Assembly (NCBI GenBank): GCA_965197675.1
Contig: OZ240221.1
Location: 2,457,637 to 2,521,636, forward strand
Reading direction: 5' to 3'
Source: Dehalococcoidia bacterium
GTDB taxonomy: Bacteria; Chloroflexota; Dehalococcoidia; Plut-88900
Length of the DNA: 64,000 bases
A model generated the notes under the pieces. That model saw only the letters and a program-made list of their open reading frames with translations, was not told where the DNA came from and searched no databases. The position numbers and the translations under genes were made by a program. Below, one piece after another: positions 42,096 through 51,354 of the stretch (its first letter is position 1; every line of letters starts with the position of its first letter).

Positions 42096-42268
42096 CGTTT
42101 GACCCCCTTTGCCCTCTGTACCGAGTTGCGGCGCGGACTTTATTTCGCTTCCAGGGAGGCGAACATACTGAACCTATATTCGCTAGGATTATAGCACAGG
42201 CACTATGGCCAGTCCCTCCAAGCATCATCACGTTTTGGGGTTTTATAGTCAAAACCAGTAAGGAAGAG

Positions 42269-44716
42269 CTAGGCCATGGCTTCGGCCTCAACCGCGGCTT
42301 TGTCGAAGAGGAGTTCATCTTCTGCTGCATCCACAACCACGTGATCCCCTTCTGCGAACTCACTGGACAGTATCTTCTTCGCCAACGGAGTCTCCAAGTA
42401 TCTCTGAACCGTCCTTCTCAGGGGTCTAGCACCAAAGGTAGAATCGAAGCCCCTTTCCGCTAACCAGGACTTGGCTTCAGAGCTAAGCTCTACCGTCACG
42501 CTCCTATCCGCCAGACGCGCCTGCACCTCTTTCACCAGCAAGTCGACTATCATCAGGATCTGCTCCTGAGTCAGCGAATGGAAGATGATAATCTCGTCGA
42601 CTCGGTTAAGGAACTCAGGGCGGAAAGTCTGTCTAAGCGACTTCTCCAGAGTAGCTTTCATCCTATCTTGATCAACCCCCGTTGCATCCTCTCTGCGGAA
42701 GCCCATGGTCTCCTGCTGAAACTCGGATGTCCCCAGATTACTGGTCATTATAATGACCGTGTTGGCGAAGTTGACCCTTCTTCCATGCCCATCAGTCAGT
42801 CTGCCGTCTTCCAATATCTGAAGAAGGACGTTGAAGACGTCTGGGTGGGCCTTCTCTATTTCGTCGAAGAGGACGACTCTAAAGGGATGCTGTCTCACGG
42901 CCTCGGTAAGCTGGCCCCCTTCTTCATAGCCTACATAGCCTGGAGGCGATCCAATCAACCGGGACACCGTGTGCTTCTCCATATACTCCGACATGTCGAG
43001 CCTTATCATGTTCTCTTCACTGTCGAAAAGGTACTCGGTAAGCACTCGAGCTAGCTCAGTTTTGCCGACGCCCGTTGGCCCCAGGAATATGAAGCTCCCG
43101 ATAGGACGATTGGGGTCTTTAAGACCAGCTCTCGCTCTCCTTATAGCCTCGGACACGCCAGAGATGGCCTCCTCCTGCCCGATTACTCGCTCTCTCAGCC
43201 TCTCTTCCATGTGGAGGAGTCTCTCTGCTTCTCCCTCCAATACCCGGGTAACAGGGATACCCGTCCATTTGGCCACTATCTCAGCTATGTCTTCAGCATC
43301 CACGACTTCGTCCAGCTTCTCTCTTTGCAGCCACTCGTTTTTGGCCTCATTGCACTCCTTCTCTATTACCATCCTCTCTGACTTGAGCTCCGCCGCTCTT
43401 TGATAGTCTCCCATCTGGCTGGCGCTCTCTTCTTGATTGAACAGGTCTTGAATCTTTCTTTCCAATTCCTTGACGTTGTTGGGCGCTCCTTCGATCTCGA
43501 TCCGCAGCTTGCTGGATGCTTCGTCGATCAGGTCGATGGCCTTATCCGGCAGAAAACGGTCAGAGATGTACCTGCTGCTGAGTTTTGCGGCCGCCTCCAG
43601 ACCGGAGTCATCTATCTTGATCTTGTGATGAGCTTCGTACCGCGGCCTCACACCTTTCAGAATTTCAACCGTGTCTTCGACAGTGGGCTCTTCGATCTGG
43701 ACCATCTGGAACCTACGCTCTAACGCTGAATCTTTTTCCAAGTGCTTACGATACTCACCCAAAGTGGTGGCGCCAACGCATTGAAGCTCACCCCTTGCAA
43801 GGGCAGGTTTCAGCATGGAGCTGGCATCGATCGCTCCCTCGGCGGCGCCTGCGCCCACCACGGTGTGTATTTCGTCAATGAAAAGTACGATTTCCCCCTG
43901 CGCCTGCCGTATCTCGTCCATCACCGCCTTCAATCGCTCCTCGAACTCACCGCGAAACTTGCTTCCGGCGACCAGCGAAGCCATATCCAGAGATATGACC
44001 CTCCGATTCTTCAATGAGTCCGGGACGTCTCCGGTGACGATCCGCTGGGCCAGGCCTTCGGCGATGGCCGTCTTGCCCACTCCCGCCTCACCTATGATGA
44101 CGGGATTGTTCTTGGTGCGTCGAGTAAGAATCTGAATAACCCTGAGAATCTCCTCTTCTCGACCGATGACGGGGTCCAGCTTACCCCGGCGCGCCTGCTC
44201 TGTAAGATCAATGCTGTACTTTTCCAGGGCTTGGTACCTGCTCTCCGCACGAGGATTCGTAACCCTCTGAGCCCCTCGCACCTCTTGCAAGGCCCGGTAG
44301 AGCTTCTCCAGATCCGCACCGGAATCTCGCAATATCCCGGCGCCCTCCCCATCTCTCTCTGCCATTATGGCGATGAGCATGTGCTCGGTACCAATGAAAT
44401 CATCCCTCATGCGTTCAGACTCGGACTGGGCTCGCTCTCCCACCTGGACAACCCTGGGAGTAATATAGATTTGATGAGTTTCATAGGTAACGGCGGGCGT
44501 TTTTTCAAGCGCCTCACGAACCCTGCCCAGTAGTCTTTCGCGATCGATCCCCAACTTGCCCATGATCTCCCAGGTAAGGCCTCCCTCTTGATCAAGCAAA
44601 GCAAGGAGGATGTGTTCCACGTCCCACTCGGTATGTCGAAGCTGACGTACTATGTCTTGAGAAGTCTGTAGAGCTTCCTGAGCCTTTTCTGTGAACCTAT
44701 CGATTTTAGGAAACAT
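42269..44716 (-). CDS. clpC: ClpC-type Clp/Hsp100 AAA+ chaperone.
   Basis: Two AAA+ modules (GEAGVGKT; GPTGVGKT). A short UVR-like middle motif ([18 protein letters not shown]) rather than a long ClpB M-domain. An MGF loop consistent with ClpP docking. 815 aa. Confidence 0.8.
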   Translation of the reverse strand: MFPKIDRFTEKAQEALQTSQDIVRQLRHTEWDVEHILLALLDQEGGLTWEIMGKLGIDRERLLGRVREALEKTPAVTYETHQIYITPRVVQVGERAQSESERMRDDFIGTEHMLIAIMAERDGEGAGILRDSGADLEKLYRALQEVRGAQRVTNPRAESRYQALEKYSIDLTEQARRGKLDPVIGREEEILRVIQILTRRTKNNPVIIGEAGVGKTAIAEGLAQRIVTGDVPDSLKNRRVISLDMASLVAGSKFRGEFEERLKAVMDEIRQAQGEIVLFIDEIHTVVGAGAAEGAIDASSMLKPALARGELQCVGATTLGEYRKHLEKDSALERRFQMVQIEEPTVEDTVEILKGVRPRYEAHHKIKIDDSGLEAAAKLSSRYISDRFLPDKAIDLIDEASSKLRIEIEGAPNNVKELERKIQDLFNQEESASQMGDYQRAAELKSERMVIEKECNEAKNEWLQREKLDEVVDAEDIAEIVAKWTGIPVTRVLEGEAERLLHMEERLRERVIGQEEAISGVSEAIRRARAGLKDPNRPIGSFIFLGPTGVGKTELARVLTEYLFDSEENMIRLDMSEYMEKHTVSRLIGSPPGYVGYEEGGQLTEAVRQHPFRVVLFDEIEKAHPDVFNVLLQILEDGRLTDGHGRRVNFANTVIIMTSNLGTSEFQQETMGFRREDATGVDQDRMKATLEKSLRQTFRPEFLNRVDEIIIFHSLTQEQILMIVDLLVKEVQARLADRSVTVELSSEAKSWLAERGFDSTFGARPLRRTVQRYLETPLAKKILSSEFAEGDHVVVDAAEDELLFDKAAVEAEAMA

Positions 44717-44719
44717 GGT

Positions 44720-45091
44720 TCACCTCTCTTTCTCTTCGCTATATTCATCAACAACGGTTCCCGCGTCTATACCCTGATTATCCTCTCCCTTGAGGTGAGC
44801 AATCTCTCGCCTCATATTCTGCAACTCTTTCTCCATCTTCTCCATGCGATCGGCCATGCGCAAAATCACGTCAACGCCCGCCAGATTGACACCCAGGTCA
44901 TCAATCAGTGACTTTATCCGTACCAAAAGGTTCACGTCCCTGGTTGAATAGATCCGGGTATTACCCCTTGACCGTGAGGGCTCTATAAGTCCAGCCCTTT
45001 CATAGTATCGCAAAGTCTGGACATGCACTCCCACCATTCTTGCGGCTATGCTTATTACGTATCTCGGCTCATCACTATCGTATATGTTCAT
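44720..45091 (-). CDS. hspR: MerR-family heat-shock regulator, HspR-like.
   Basis: YVISIAARMVGVHVQTLRYYERAGLIEP...GINLAGV resembles actinobacterial HspR. Sits between dnaJ-like and clpC. Confidence 0.7.
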   Translation of the reverse strand: MNIYDSDEPRYVISIAARMVGVHVQTLRYYERAGLIEPSRSRGNTRIYSTRDVNLLVRIKSLIDDLGVNLAGVDVILRMADRMEKMEKELQNMRREIAHLKGEDNQGIDAGTVVDEYSEEKER

Positions 45092-46086
45092 TCTGCACCT
45101 CGACTCTCTCGCAGATCTTTAAGCTGCCGGAACATGGCCAACTCATCCTCTCTGAGAGAGGAGGGCAGCGAGGCCCTGACCTTGACGTGCAGGTCGCCCT
45201 TCCTGGAGGCGCCCAACACAGGCATACCCTTGCCTGCCAGCCTAAAAACGCGTCCGTTCTGCGTGTAAGGTGGAATTTTCAGAGCTACTTTGCTCGTGAG
45301 TGTCGACACGTCTACTTCACCACCTAAGACGGCGGTCAATAGAGGCACTGACACCTCCACGCGAAGGTCATCTTCCTTCCTATCGAAGCGAGAATGGGGC
45401 CTGACAGTGACTACCAGATATATGGTCTTAACACCGACTTCAGACACATCCTTTCCTCGACCAGGACTCACGCGGACTCTGGACCCCGTCTTGACACCGG
45501 CGGGAACCTTCACTTCTAGACGACGATTCTTCTGAATGACTCCCGTTCCACTACATCGAGGGCATGAGCCTCCCCTACCGCCACAGGAGAGACACCTCTC
45601 CTGGTCCACGAACTCAATGGTCCTGGTAGTGCCGTGATAGGCCTCCTCAAGAGTCACCTCAATGGGGTGTTCAATCTCAGATGGAGGCCGCATGGTGAAG
45701 CTGTCCTGAAACGGACCTCGCCCTCGACCCCTCATAACGCTGCCAAGAATGTCGTCCAAGGGACTGGAGCCAAACTCCAGATCCAAATCTACGTCTGGCC
45801 CTGAGCCGCTAGTCTCATAGCGCCAGACGAAGGGGTCCCGCTTACCTCCAGACGGCCCGGAAAAACGGAAGCCACGACCATTCTGGTCGTACTCCTCACG
45901 TTGTTCGGGATCGGAGAGAACTTGATAGGCCTCATTGATCTCCTTGAACTTATCCTCTGTTTTCTTGTCGCCCGGATTCACATCAGGGTGATATTTACGG
46001 GCCAAGCGCCTGTAGGCCTGATGGATCTCCTTCTCAGACGAACTCTTGGGTACTCCAAGTATGTTGTAATAGTTCTTGGCGGCCAT
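45088..46086 (-). CDS. DnaJ-family co-chaperone with J domain and a single CxxCxGxG zinc-finger-like segment.
   Basis: J-domain NYYNILGV...YRRLARKYHPDVN with HPD. CLSCGGRGGSCPRCSGTG. Overlaps hspR by 4 bp, consistent with an operon. Confidence 0.8.
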   Translation of the reverse strand: MAAKNYYNILGVPKSSSEKEIHQAYRRLARKYHPDVNPGDKKTEDKFKEINEAYQVLSDPEQREEYDQNGRGFRFSGPSGGKRDPFVWRYETSGSGPDVDLDLEFGSSPLDDILGSVMRGRGRGPFQDSFTMRPPSEIEHPIEVTLEEAYHGTTRTIEFVDQERCLSCGGRGGSCPRCSGTGVIQKNRRLEVKVPAGVKTGSRVRVSPGRGKDVSEVGVKTIYLVVTVRPHSRFDRKEDDLRVEVSVPLLTAVLGGEVDVSTLTSKVALKIPPYTQNGRVFRLAGKGMPVLGASRKGDLHVKVRASLPSSLREDELAMFRQLKDLRESRGAE

Positions 46087-46333
46087 TTTATCTAATGTTC
46101 AAAACCTTAAACATCTTATCTGATGTCAGCCTTCATGTCAATAGGTTTATCAATGTATATGATAGCATATCCATAATATTACTTCATAATATACTTGACA
46201 ATTTCATTATCATATTTTATACTATTTTTGAATAGCAAAGTTGAGGTAACCAGGCATCGAAATGAACTTTATACGGCGAAACAACCCTGTACTGAAAGTG
46301 AAAGGAGGGCAGCATGGCAAGCACAGCTCTATT

Positions 46334-46348
46334 GAGACTCTCATGAGG
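46334..46348. promoter_or_regulatory. Overlapping palindromes (TGAGACTCTCA / CTCATGAG) in the divergent dnaJ-hspR-clpC / hsp20 control region. Candidate operator.
   Basis: Perfect short palindromes within the 414-bp divergent intergenic region. Does not match the canonical HAIR CTTGAGT-N7-ACTCAAG. Confidence 0.25.
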
Positions 46349-46500
46349 ATCTATGGGGATGTTTACAAGTTTGCAGGGACTTCCTTGAGACCCGCATAAG
46401 CCCAGAAAAATTCCGTCGACGTATGCGCAAAAGTCAGGAACGACACGTCAGCAGGTCACAATACAACCCTTAAAGAGAAAAGGGAAGGAGAAAACTGAAA

Positions 46501-46977
46501 ATGAGAGCTTTAGTTAGCTGGGACCCCATCTTCGGAACGCGTGGCATGAGGCGATTAATCGACAGGGTGTTTGACGACACCTTTTTCCGCCCCTATCGAG
46601 TAACCCCTTGGGCGTTCAGAGAGGATTATCTACCCTTGGACGTATATCAGAACGAGGGGGAACTGGTAGTGAAGGCCTCTTTGCCCGGAGTAAAGCCGGA
46701 GGACGTGGAGGTAACCCTGGACCACAGCACCCTCGTCATAAAGGGAGAGATGAAGGACTCCAGGGAAGGCGACCATGAAGGTTACATGCTTAGAGAGCGA
46801 CGTCTAGGAGTCTTCCATCGCAGGATTGCTCTATCCAAAAATCTGAAGACAGACGAGATAGACGCAACCTTTGAGAACGGTATCCTTACCATCTCCATTC
46901 CCAGGGCCAAGGAGGCCAAGCCAAAGGTGATAGAGGTCAAGCCCGCTCATCACATCGAGGATGAAAAGGCAGAGTAA
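46501..46977 (+). CDS. Hsp20/alpha-crystallin family small heat-shock protein.
   Basis: Alpha-crystallin domain (LPLDVYQNEGELVVKASLPGVKPEDVEVTL...GILTISIP). Confidence 0.85.
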   Translation: MRALVSWDPIFGTRGMRRLIDRVFDDTFFRPYRVTPWAFREDYLPLDVYQNEGELVVKASLPGVKPEDVEVTLDHSTLVIKGEMKDSREGDHEGYMLRERRLGVFHRRIALSKNLKTDEIDATFENGILTISIPRAKEAKPKVIEVKPAHHIEDEKAE

Positions 46978-47018
46978 GACGATCGACCCTCATAGGGTAT
47001 TGTTACTGGCATAGAAAA

Positions 47019-47058
47019 GGCGCCGCTGCGACAATGTCGCAGCGGCGCCTTTCTTTTG
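47019..47058 (+). terminator. Rho-independent terminator downstream of hsp20.
   Basis: 14-bp GC-rich perfect stem GGCGCCGCTGCGAC / GTCGCAGCGGCGCC with a 3-nt loop, followed by TTTCTTTTG. Confidence 0.7.
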
Positions 47059-47082
47059 TCCACTCGAGACCTGGATTCCCCA

Positions 47083-47290
47083 CCTCCAACACCCCTCCCC
47101 TTCGACTACACTCAGGGTAAACTTTAAGCTCAGGGTGAGCGGATGTCTCTTTTGACCCGCTCATGGTGAGCCTAGAGTTTATCCTGAGTTCCCCGAAGGG
47201 AACCATTTGAGCGAGCGGGGGTACAACCAACCCCGGAGCGGACGAGTGAGCCCAAGGCCTTTGCCTTTCTGGGACAGGCTCCACGTGGGA
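47083..47290. repeat. Composite dispersed-repeat cluster (family C element 47129..47188, family D module, family B 47251..47281).
   Basis: Blocks homologous to 8230..8335, 30121..30234 (inverted), 25014..25044 and 26453..26483. Confidence 0.55.
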
Positions 47291-47466
47291 GAGGGCGAGA
47301 GTGACGGAGCGAGGGCATTTTGGGAAGCGCAGTTTCTTGACAATAAATAATTCCCTCTGATAGCATCTATCTCTAACTTAACAATGTGTACCTTTTGCCA
47401 CAGGCACACGTTAGCTTCCTGGAGGTCACCCCATAGCCTGGAATCGATGAACGCTCGTCATCGAGA

Positions 47467-48714
47467 ATGGCACGTGAGAGAGCTATGTCCAACGCCACCG
47501 CGTTAAGATGCAAAGAGTGCACCAGGGAATATCCCCTGGATCCCATGAACGTTTGCGAGTTCTGCTTCGGCCCCCTCGAAGTGACCTACGACTACGATGC
47601 CATCGCCCGCGTTGTAAACAGGGAGAGCATCGAGGCGGGACCCCTCAGTATGTGGCGCTACAAAGACCTGCTGCCTGTAAACGGGCAGGTGGTCGACCTT
47701 GGCACCGGCTTCACCCCTCTGCTCAAGGCCAACAACCTAGGCCGGGAGTTGGGACTTAAAAACCTGTACCTCAAGAATGATTGCGCCAATCCATCCCACT
47801 CTTTCAAGGACCGCGTGGTGGGCGTAGCCAGCACCAAGGCCAAAGAGTTCGAGTTTGACACCATCGCCTGCGCCTCCACAGGCAACCTGGCTGGCAGCGT
47901 GGCAGCCCATGCCGCCCGAGCGGGACTGAAAGCCTACGTGTTCATACCTGCAGACCTGGAGCTGGGCAAGGTGGTGTCTGCCGCAATTTACGGCCCTACT
48001 CTGGTCGCAGTAAAGGGCAGCTACGACGAAGTCAATCGCCTTTGCAGCGAGTTGGCGGACAAATATCAATGGGCGTTCGTGAACATTAACGTCAGGCCTT
48101 ACTACGCCGAGGGTAGTAAGACTCTGGGCTACGAGGTCGCCGAGCAGTTGGGCTGGAAAACGCCCGATTGGGCTATCGTCCCAGGAGCGTCCGGCTCCCT
48201 GTACACCAAGATCTGGAAGGGTATGCAGGAGTTGGCCAGCATAGGCGTCATCGATCCTCCCAGGACAAGAATGGCAATAGCCCAGGCAAGAGGTTGTTCG
48301 CCCATCGTCTCGGCCTTCGAAGAGCATCGCATGGAGATCAAGCCTGTGAAGCCAGACACTCTTGTCAAGTCCCTGGCAATAGGCAACCCCGCCGATGGCT
48401 ACTACGCTTTGAAGACTCTTAAAGAGACCAGAGGCCATGCCATGGCCTCAACAGACCCGGATGTAGTGGCGGGCATGGCCCTGCTTGCCAGCACAGAGGG
48501 CATCTTCGGGGAGACGGCAGCAGGAGTGGTGATAGCGGGTCTGAAGAACCTGGTGGAAAAGGGTGTAATCAAAGAGAACGATGTTACTGTAGCCTTCATC
48601 ACCGGCTCAGGTCTCAAGACCCAGGAACCAGTTCAGGAGCTGGTCGACCCGCTGGTCGTGGAGCCCGACCTCGCGTCCTTCGAAGAGGCACTGAGCGCTC
48701 GAAACAGTGGTTGA
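47467..48714 (+). CDS. thrC: Threonine synthase homologue (PLP fold type II) with an N-terminal Cys4 zinc-ribbon-like segment.
   Basis: SFKDR PLP-lysine motif. CKEC...CEFC N-terminus. About 415 aa. Confidence 0.75.
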   Translation: MARERAMSNATALRCKECTREYPLDPMNVCEFCFGPLEVTYDYDAIARVVNRESIEAGPLSMWRYKDLLPVNGQVVDLGTGFTPLLKANNLGRELGLKNLYLKNDCANPSHSFKDRVVGVASTKAKEFEFDTIACASTGNLAGSVAAHAARAGLKAYVFIPADLELGKVVSAAIYGPTLVAVKGSYDEVNRLCSELADKYQWAFVNINVRPYYAEGSKTLGYEVAEQLGWKTPDWAIVPGASGSLYTKIWKGMQELASIGVIDPPRTRMAIAQARGCSPIVSAFEEHRMEIKPVKPDTLVKSLAIGNPADGYYALKTLKETRGHAMASTDPDVVAGMALLASTEGIFGETAAGVVIAGLKNLVEKGVIKENDVTVAFITGSGLKTQEPVQELVDPLVVEPDLASFEEALSARNSG

Positions 48715-48765
48715 CTCCAGTGCCCGAATTCTCCGGTATTCAATAGCAACTGAGCGGAGCGGTAA

Positions 48766-49008
48766 ATGGTTAAAAAGCGATCCAAATTCACTTTCCCACC
48801 TGACCTAGTGACCCAGCCAATCATCTATCACCTGGGCAAGGAGTTCGATGTCGTGACCAATATCCGTAGGGCCGATGTAACCGAGAACCAAGGGTGGGTG
48901 GTCCTGGAGTTGGAGGGTAACGAGGAAGAGATCAATCGAGGGTTGGCCTGGGTCAGCGACCAAGGCGTGCGAGTAGATCCGGTGGTCGGCGATATTGTGG
49001 AGGGGTGA
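48766..49008 (+). CDS. Small NIL-domain protein (MetN C-terminal-like).
   Basis: QPIIYHLGKEFDVVTNIRRADV...GWVVLELEG matches the NIL pattern. 80 aa. Confidence 0.45.
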   Translation: MVKKRSKFTFPPDLVTQPIIYHLGKEFDVVTNIRRADVTENQGWVVLELEGNEEEINRGLAWVSDQGVRVDPVVGDIVEG

Positions 49009-49072
49009 TACCAGTCTTCTCGGACTGTCGTATAATTAGTGAAAAGAGGTTCGTAGTTTTCAGGAGGTTTCG

Positions 49073-49351
49073 TTGATGAGCGCTACTCTTAAGATCCCCA
49101 CCCCACTGCGTAAGGCAACCAACGGCGAAAGTACCGTTTCGGTGGAAGGGAGCGACCTGCTCCAGTGTATTGACTCGTTGGACTCTCAGTACCCTGGGAT
49201 CAAGGAGAGGTTGTGCTCCGACAACGGCGAGCTGCACAGGTTCGTCAATGTCTACATCAATGGCGAGGACGTCCGCTTCCAGAACGGCCTTGGGACCTCC
49301 GTGAAGGACGGCGACGAGATAAGCATAGTCCCCGCCGTCGCCGGCGGCTAA
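49073..49351 (+). CDS. MoaD/ThiS-family sulfur-carrier protein ending in Gly-Gly.
   Basis: 92-aa beta-grasp-like protein with C-terminus ...ISIVPAVAGG. Confidence 0.65.
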   Translation: MMSATLKIPTPLRKATNGESTVSVEGSDLLQCIDSLDSQYPGIKERLCSDNGELHRFVNVYINGEDVRFQNGLGTSVKDGDEISIVPAVAGG

Positions 49352-49397
49352 TAGGCCTCAACATCTCGTGTAACAACAAACGCCAGTTTCTGTTTGG

Positions 49398-50309
49398 CTA
49401 GTGATGATAAGCACTCTCCTTATATAGTGCTGTCATTTCTTCCTTTTGTGGTTTCCTAAACACAAACAAATGCTCATGCATGATTAAGAAAAAGTTCTTC
49501 TCTCTCGACAGCCGAGTCCAAAGATTCTCCGTTTGTGTATGCCACTGATACTTAATCACGTCCTCTTTGAGGATGAATCCCGCTTCTAAGAACACTTCCA
49601 TTACCCTGAATGCCAGTGGCACATAGTGCCTATTTCTCCTGGTGTCACCTACCAGAATAGCGCAATAGTGGTCAGGTTTAAGGACTCGGAAGAACTCATC
49701 GGCGACAAGCCGCATTTGCGAAACGAACTTAGTAACGTCGCCAACCAGGGACAGGTCCTCTTTCAGTTCCGCCTTTGGATCTGAGTAAGAAATGATATTC
49801 GCATACGGAGGGTGAGTAGCGATTAGGTCAATGGTGGCATCTTTGATTAGATTCAGATTCCGCGTATCACCTTTATAGATTTCAACTCTTGACGTAGGTA
49901 ATGGCACCTTTAGGAGACCGAGTGAGAAGTTTAAGCGGTCCATCGTCAGCATCAGAGCATTCATATTGACATCAATACCGATAGCGTTGCGTCCCGTCAG
50001 CTTGCACTCCACTAGAGTGGTGCTACCACCACACATTGAATCGAGTACTAAATCACCTGGAGGGCTATAGCGTAGGATTAGGTTACGTGCTATCTGGGGT
50101 GCCCAGTTGCCTCGGTAACTAGAGCGGTGAGTGGCCCAGCTACCTCGTTGGGGAAATGACCACAGAGTAGTAGTCTCGGTCTTGAAATCTGTCGGTTGCA
50201 GATCCTTGGGACACTGCTGGCCTCGGAGACGGATCTTGGCTTTCCCAACTTCGACGGTTTTTTGTCGGGCCAGAAAACGCTGGTAATCCGCCTGAGACAG
50301 AAGCTGCAT
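49398..50309 (-). CDS. DNA methyltransferase of the N6_N4 (PF01555-like) family, with the usual C-terminal motifs X-I moved to the front and motif IV reading HPPY.
   Basis: WSFPQRG...APQIARNLILRYSPPGDLVLDSMCGGSTT (motifs X-I) precedes IDLIATHPPYANI (IV) and FFRVLKPDHYCAILVGD. Low GC compared with flanking genes. Confidence 0.7.
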   Translation of the reverse strand: MQLLSQADYQRFLARQKTVEVGKAKIRLRGQQCPKDLQPTDFKTETTTLWSFPQRGSWATHRSSYRGNWAPQIARNLILRYSPPGDLVLDSMCGGSTTLVECKLTGRNAIGIDVNMNALMLTMDRLNFSLGLLKVPLPTSRVEIYKGDTRNLNLIKDATIDLIATHPPYANIISYSDPKAELKEDLSLVGDVTKFVSQMRLVADEFFRVLKPDHYCAILVGDTRRNRHYVPLAFRVMEVFLEAGFILKEDVIKYQWHTQTENLWTRLSREKNFFLIMHEHLFVFRKPQKEEMTALYKESAYHH

Positions 50310-50310
50310 A

Positions 50311-50397
50311 GATCAGATCGGGGATCGATCCGATCCTACAGATCATTAGCAAAAGATCAAGATCATTTGGCTCCATTTTTTCTGTATGTAGCTGATC
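50311..50397. promoter_or_regulatory. GATC-dense spacer with 9 GATC sites in 87 bp, including the palindrome GGATCGATCC. Lies between the nuclease and methyltransferase genes, immediately 5' of the methyltransferase ATG.
   Basis: GATC at 50311, 50316, 50323, 50327, 50332, 50341, 50355, 50361 and 50394. About 0.3 would be expected by chance. Confidence 0.55.
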
Positions 50398-50427
50398 TGG
50401 GAAAGGAGACAATTCCTCGAAATTATC

Positions 50428-51354
50428 TCACCTGCCTTGATAGGCTTGCCCCTCATCGCTGAGCCTGTACAGCCCCAACCTCCCAGCTACTCCGCCCTTT
50501 CTAATGAAGAAGTCATCACCATCTTTCCCAACTGTGTGGGCATTTAATCGTCCTCTTATGCTATTGCATAATGTATCCCACTTGTACGGCAGGGCTAGCT
50601 CTTTGGCCCTGGCTTCAACCCAGGTCGAAATGTCTCTCAGGTGCACATATCCCTCGGCATCTCCCGCCAAGTTTTTCATAGCTTGAATTATTAAGCCCCT
50701 TTGAGTCGGGGCCGGACCCTCAAGATAATCTTCTCTTCTTTTGAGTTCCTTGAGTAGCCGCTGAGTTTTCTGGTCTCTTAGCGCTTTTCGCCCTTCATTC
50801 CTCACCCGTTTATAGATTCTTTCATAGTCCTCTAAGTACGCCTCATCCGGTCTGAAAATAGTCTCCTGTTTTCTAAAGCGATCGTAGACCGAAAAGATTT
50901 GCTCTGTCAGCGGATCCAATCTAGAAGCGTGAATGGCCAAATTCAACTCTGCGTTTAGCTCAAAACCACTTTTTGTCAAATTCGATGACCCCACCACAAA
51001 ACAGCACTGATCCTCAGGACGCTCAATAATATAGAGCTTAGGATGGAATAGTGGTACATCATCTTGAGACGGGTCAGAAAAGGCATAAAATTTCAAATTC
51101 GGGTGACCCGTTCTGGCCCGAATGAGCCACTCCATGGCTTTAGGCTCGGATATTCTAAAATCTAACCCAAAAACGATTTCAAAGCTGTCACCAAGCGCAA
51201 GGATATTATTTAATTGGTCCTCGATACTATTGAGACCAGACAACCTGATGAACGCCGTGGCAAAACGAGCAGACGATGCCCCATCAAGTTGCCGCACTAG
51301 GAAGTTAGTGAGCGTTTCCTCATGATTGTCGATGACAGTAATTGATGGCCTCAT
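50428..51354 (-). CDS. PLD-family (single HKD motif) nuclease with a C-terminal winged-helix-like domain. The ORF-track start at 51393 would be GTG; the first ATG is at 51354.
   Basis: HPKLYIIE...VVGSSNLT...NAELNLAI resembles Nuc/BfiI-type PLD nucleases. C-terminus ...FFIRKGGVAGRLGLYRLSDEG resembles Mrr-N/HARE-type winged helix. Confidence 0.6.
   Translation of the reverse strand: MRPSITVIDNHEETLTNFLVRQLDGASSARFATAFIRLSGLNSIEDQLNNILALGDSFEIVFGLDFRISEPKAMEWLIRARTGHPNLKFYAFSDPSQDDVPLFHPKLYIIERPEDQCCFVVGSSNLTKSGFELNAELNLAIHASRLDPLTEQIFSVYDRFRKQETIFRPDEAYLEDYERIYKRVRNEGRKALRDQKTQRLLKELKRREDYLEGPAPTQRGLIIQAMKNLAGDAEGYVHLRDISTWVEARAKELALPYKWDTLCNSIRGRLNAHTVGKDGDDFFIRKGGVAGRLGLYRLSDEGQAYQGR

Noticed and set aside
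42237-42254. Hairpin GGTTTTATAGTCAAAACC downstream of clpC as a terminator
   Set aside because: No U-run follows on the transcribed (minus) strand, so intrinsic-terminator assignment is not supported.
46087-46500. Canonical HspR operator (HAIR, CTTGAGT-N7-ACTCAAG) or CIRCE in the heat-shock divergent region
   Set aside because: Scanned by eye and no match found. Only short unrelated palindromes are present, so no operator is called with confidence.
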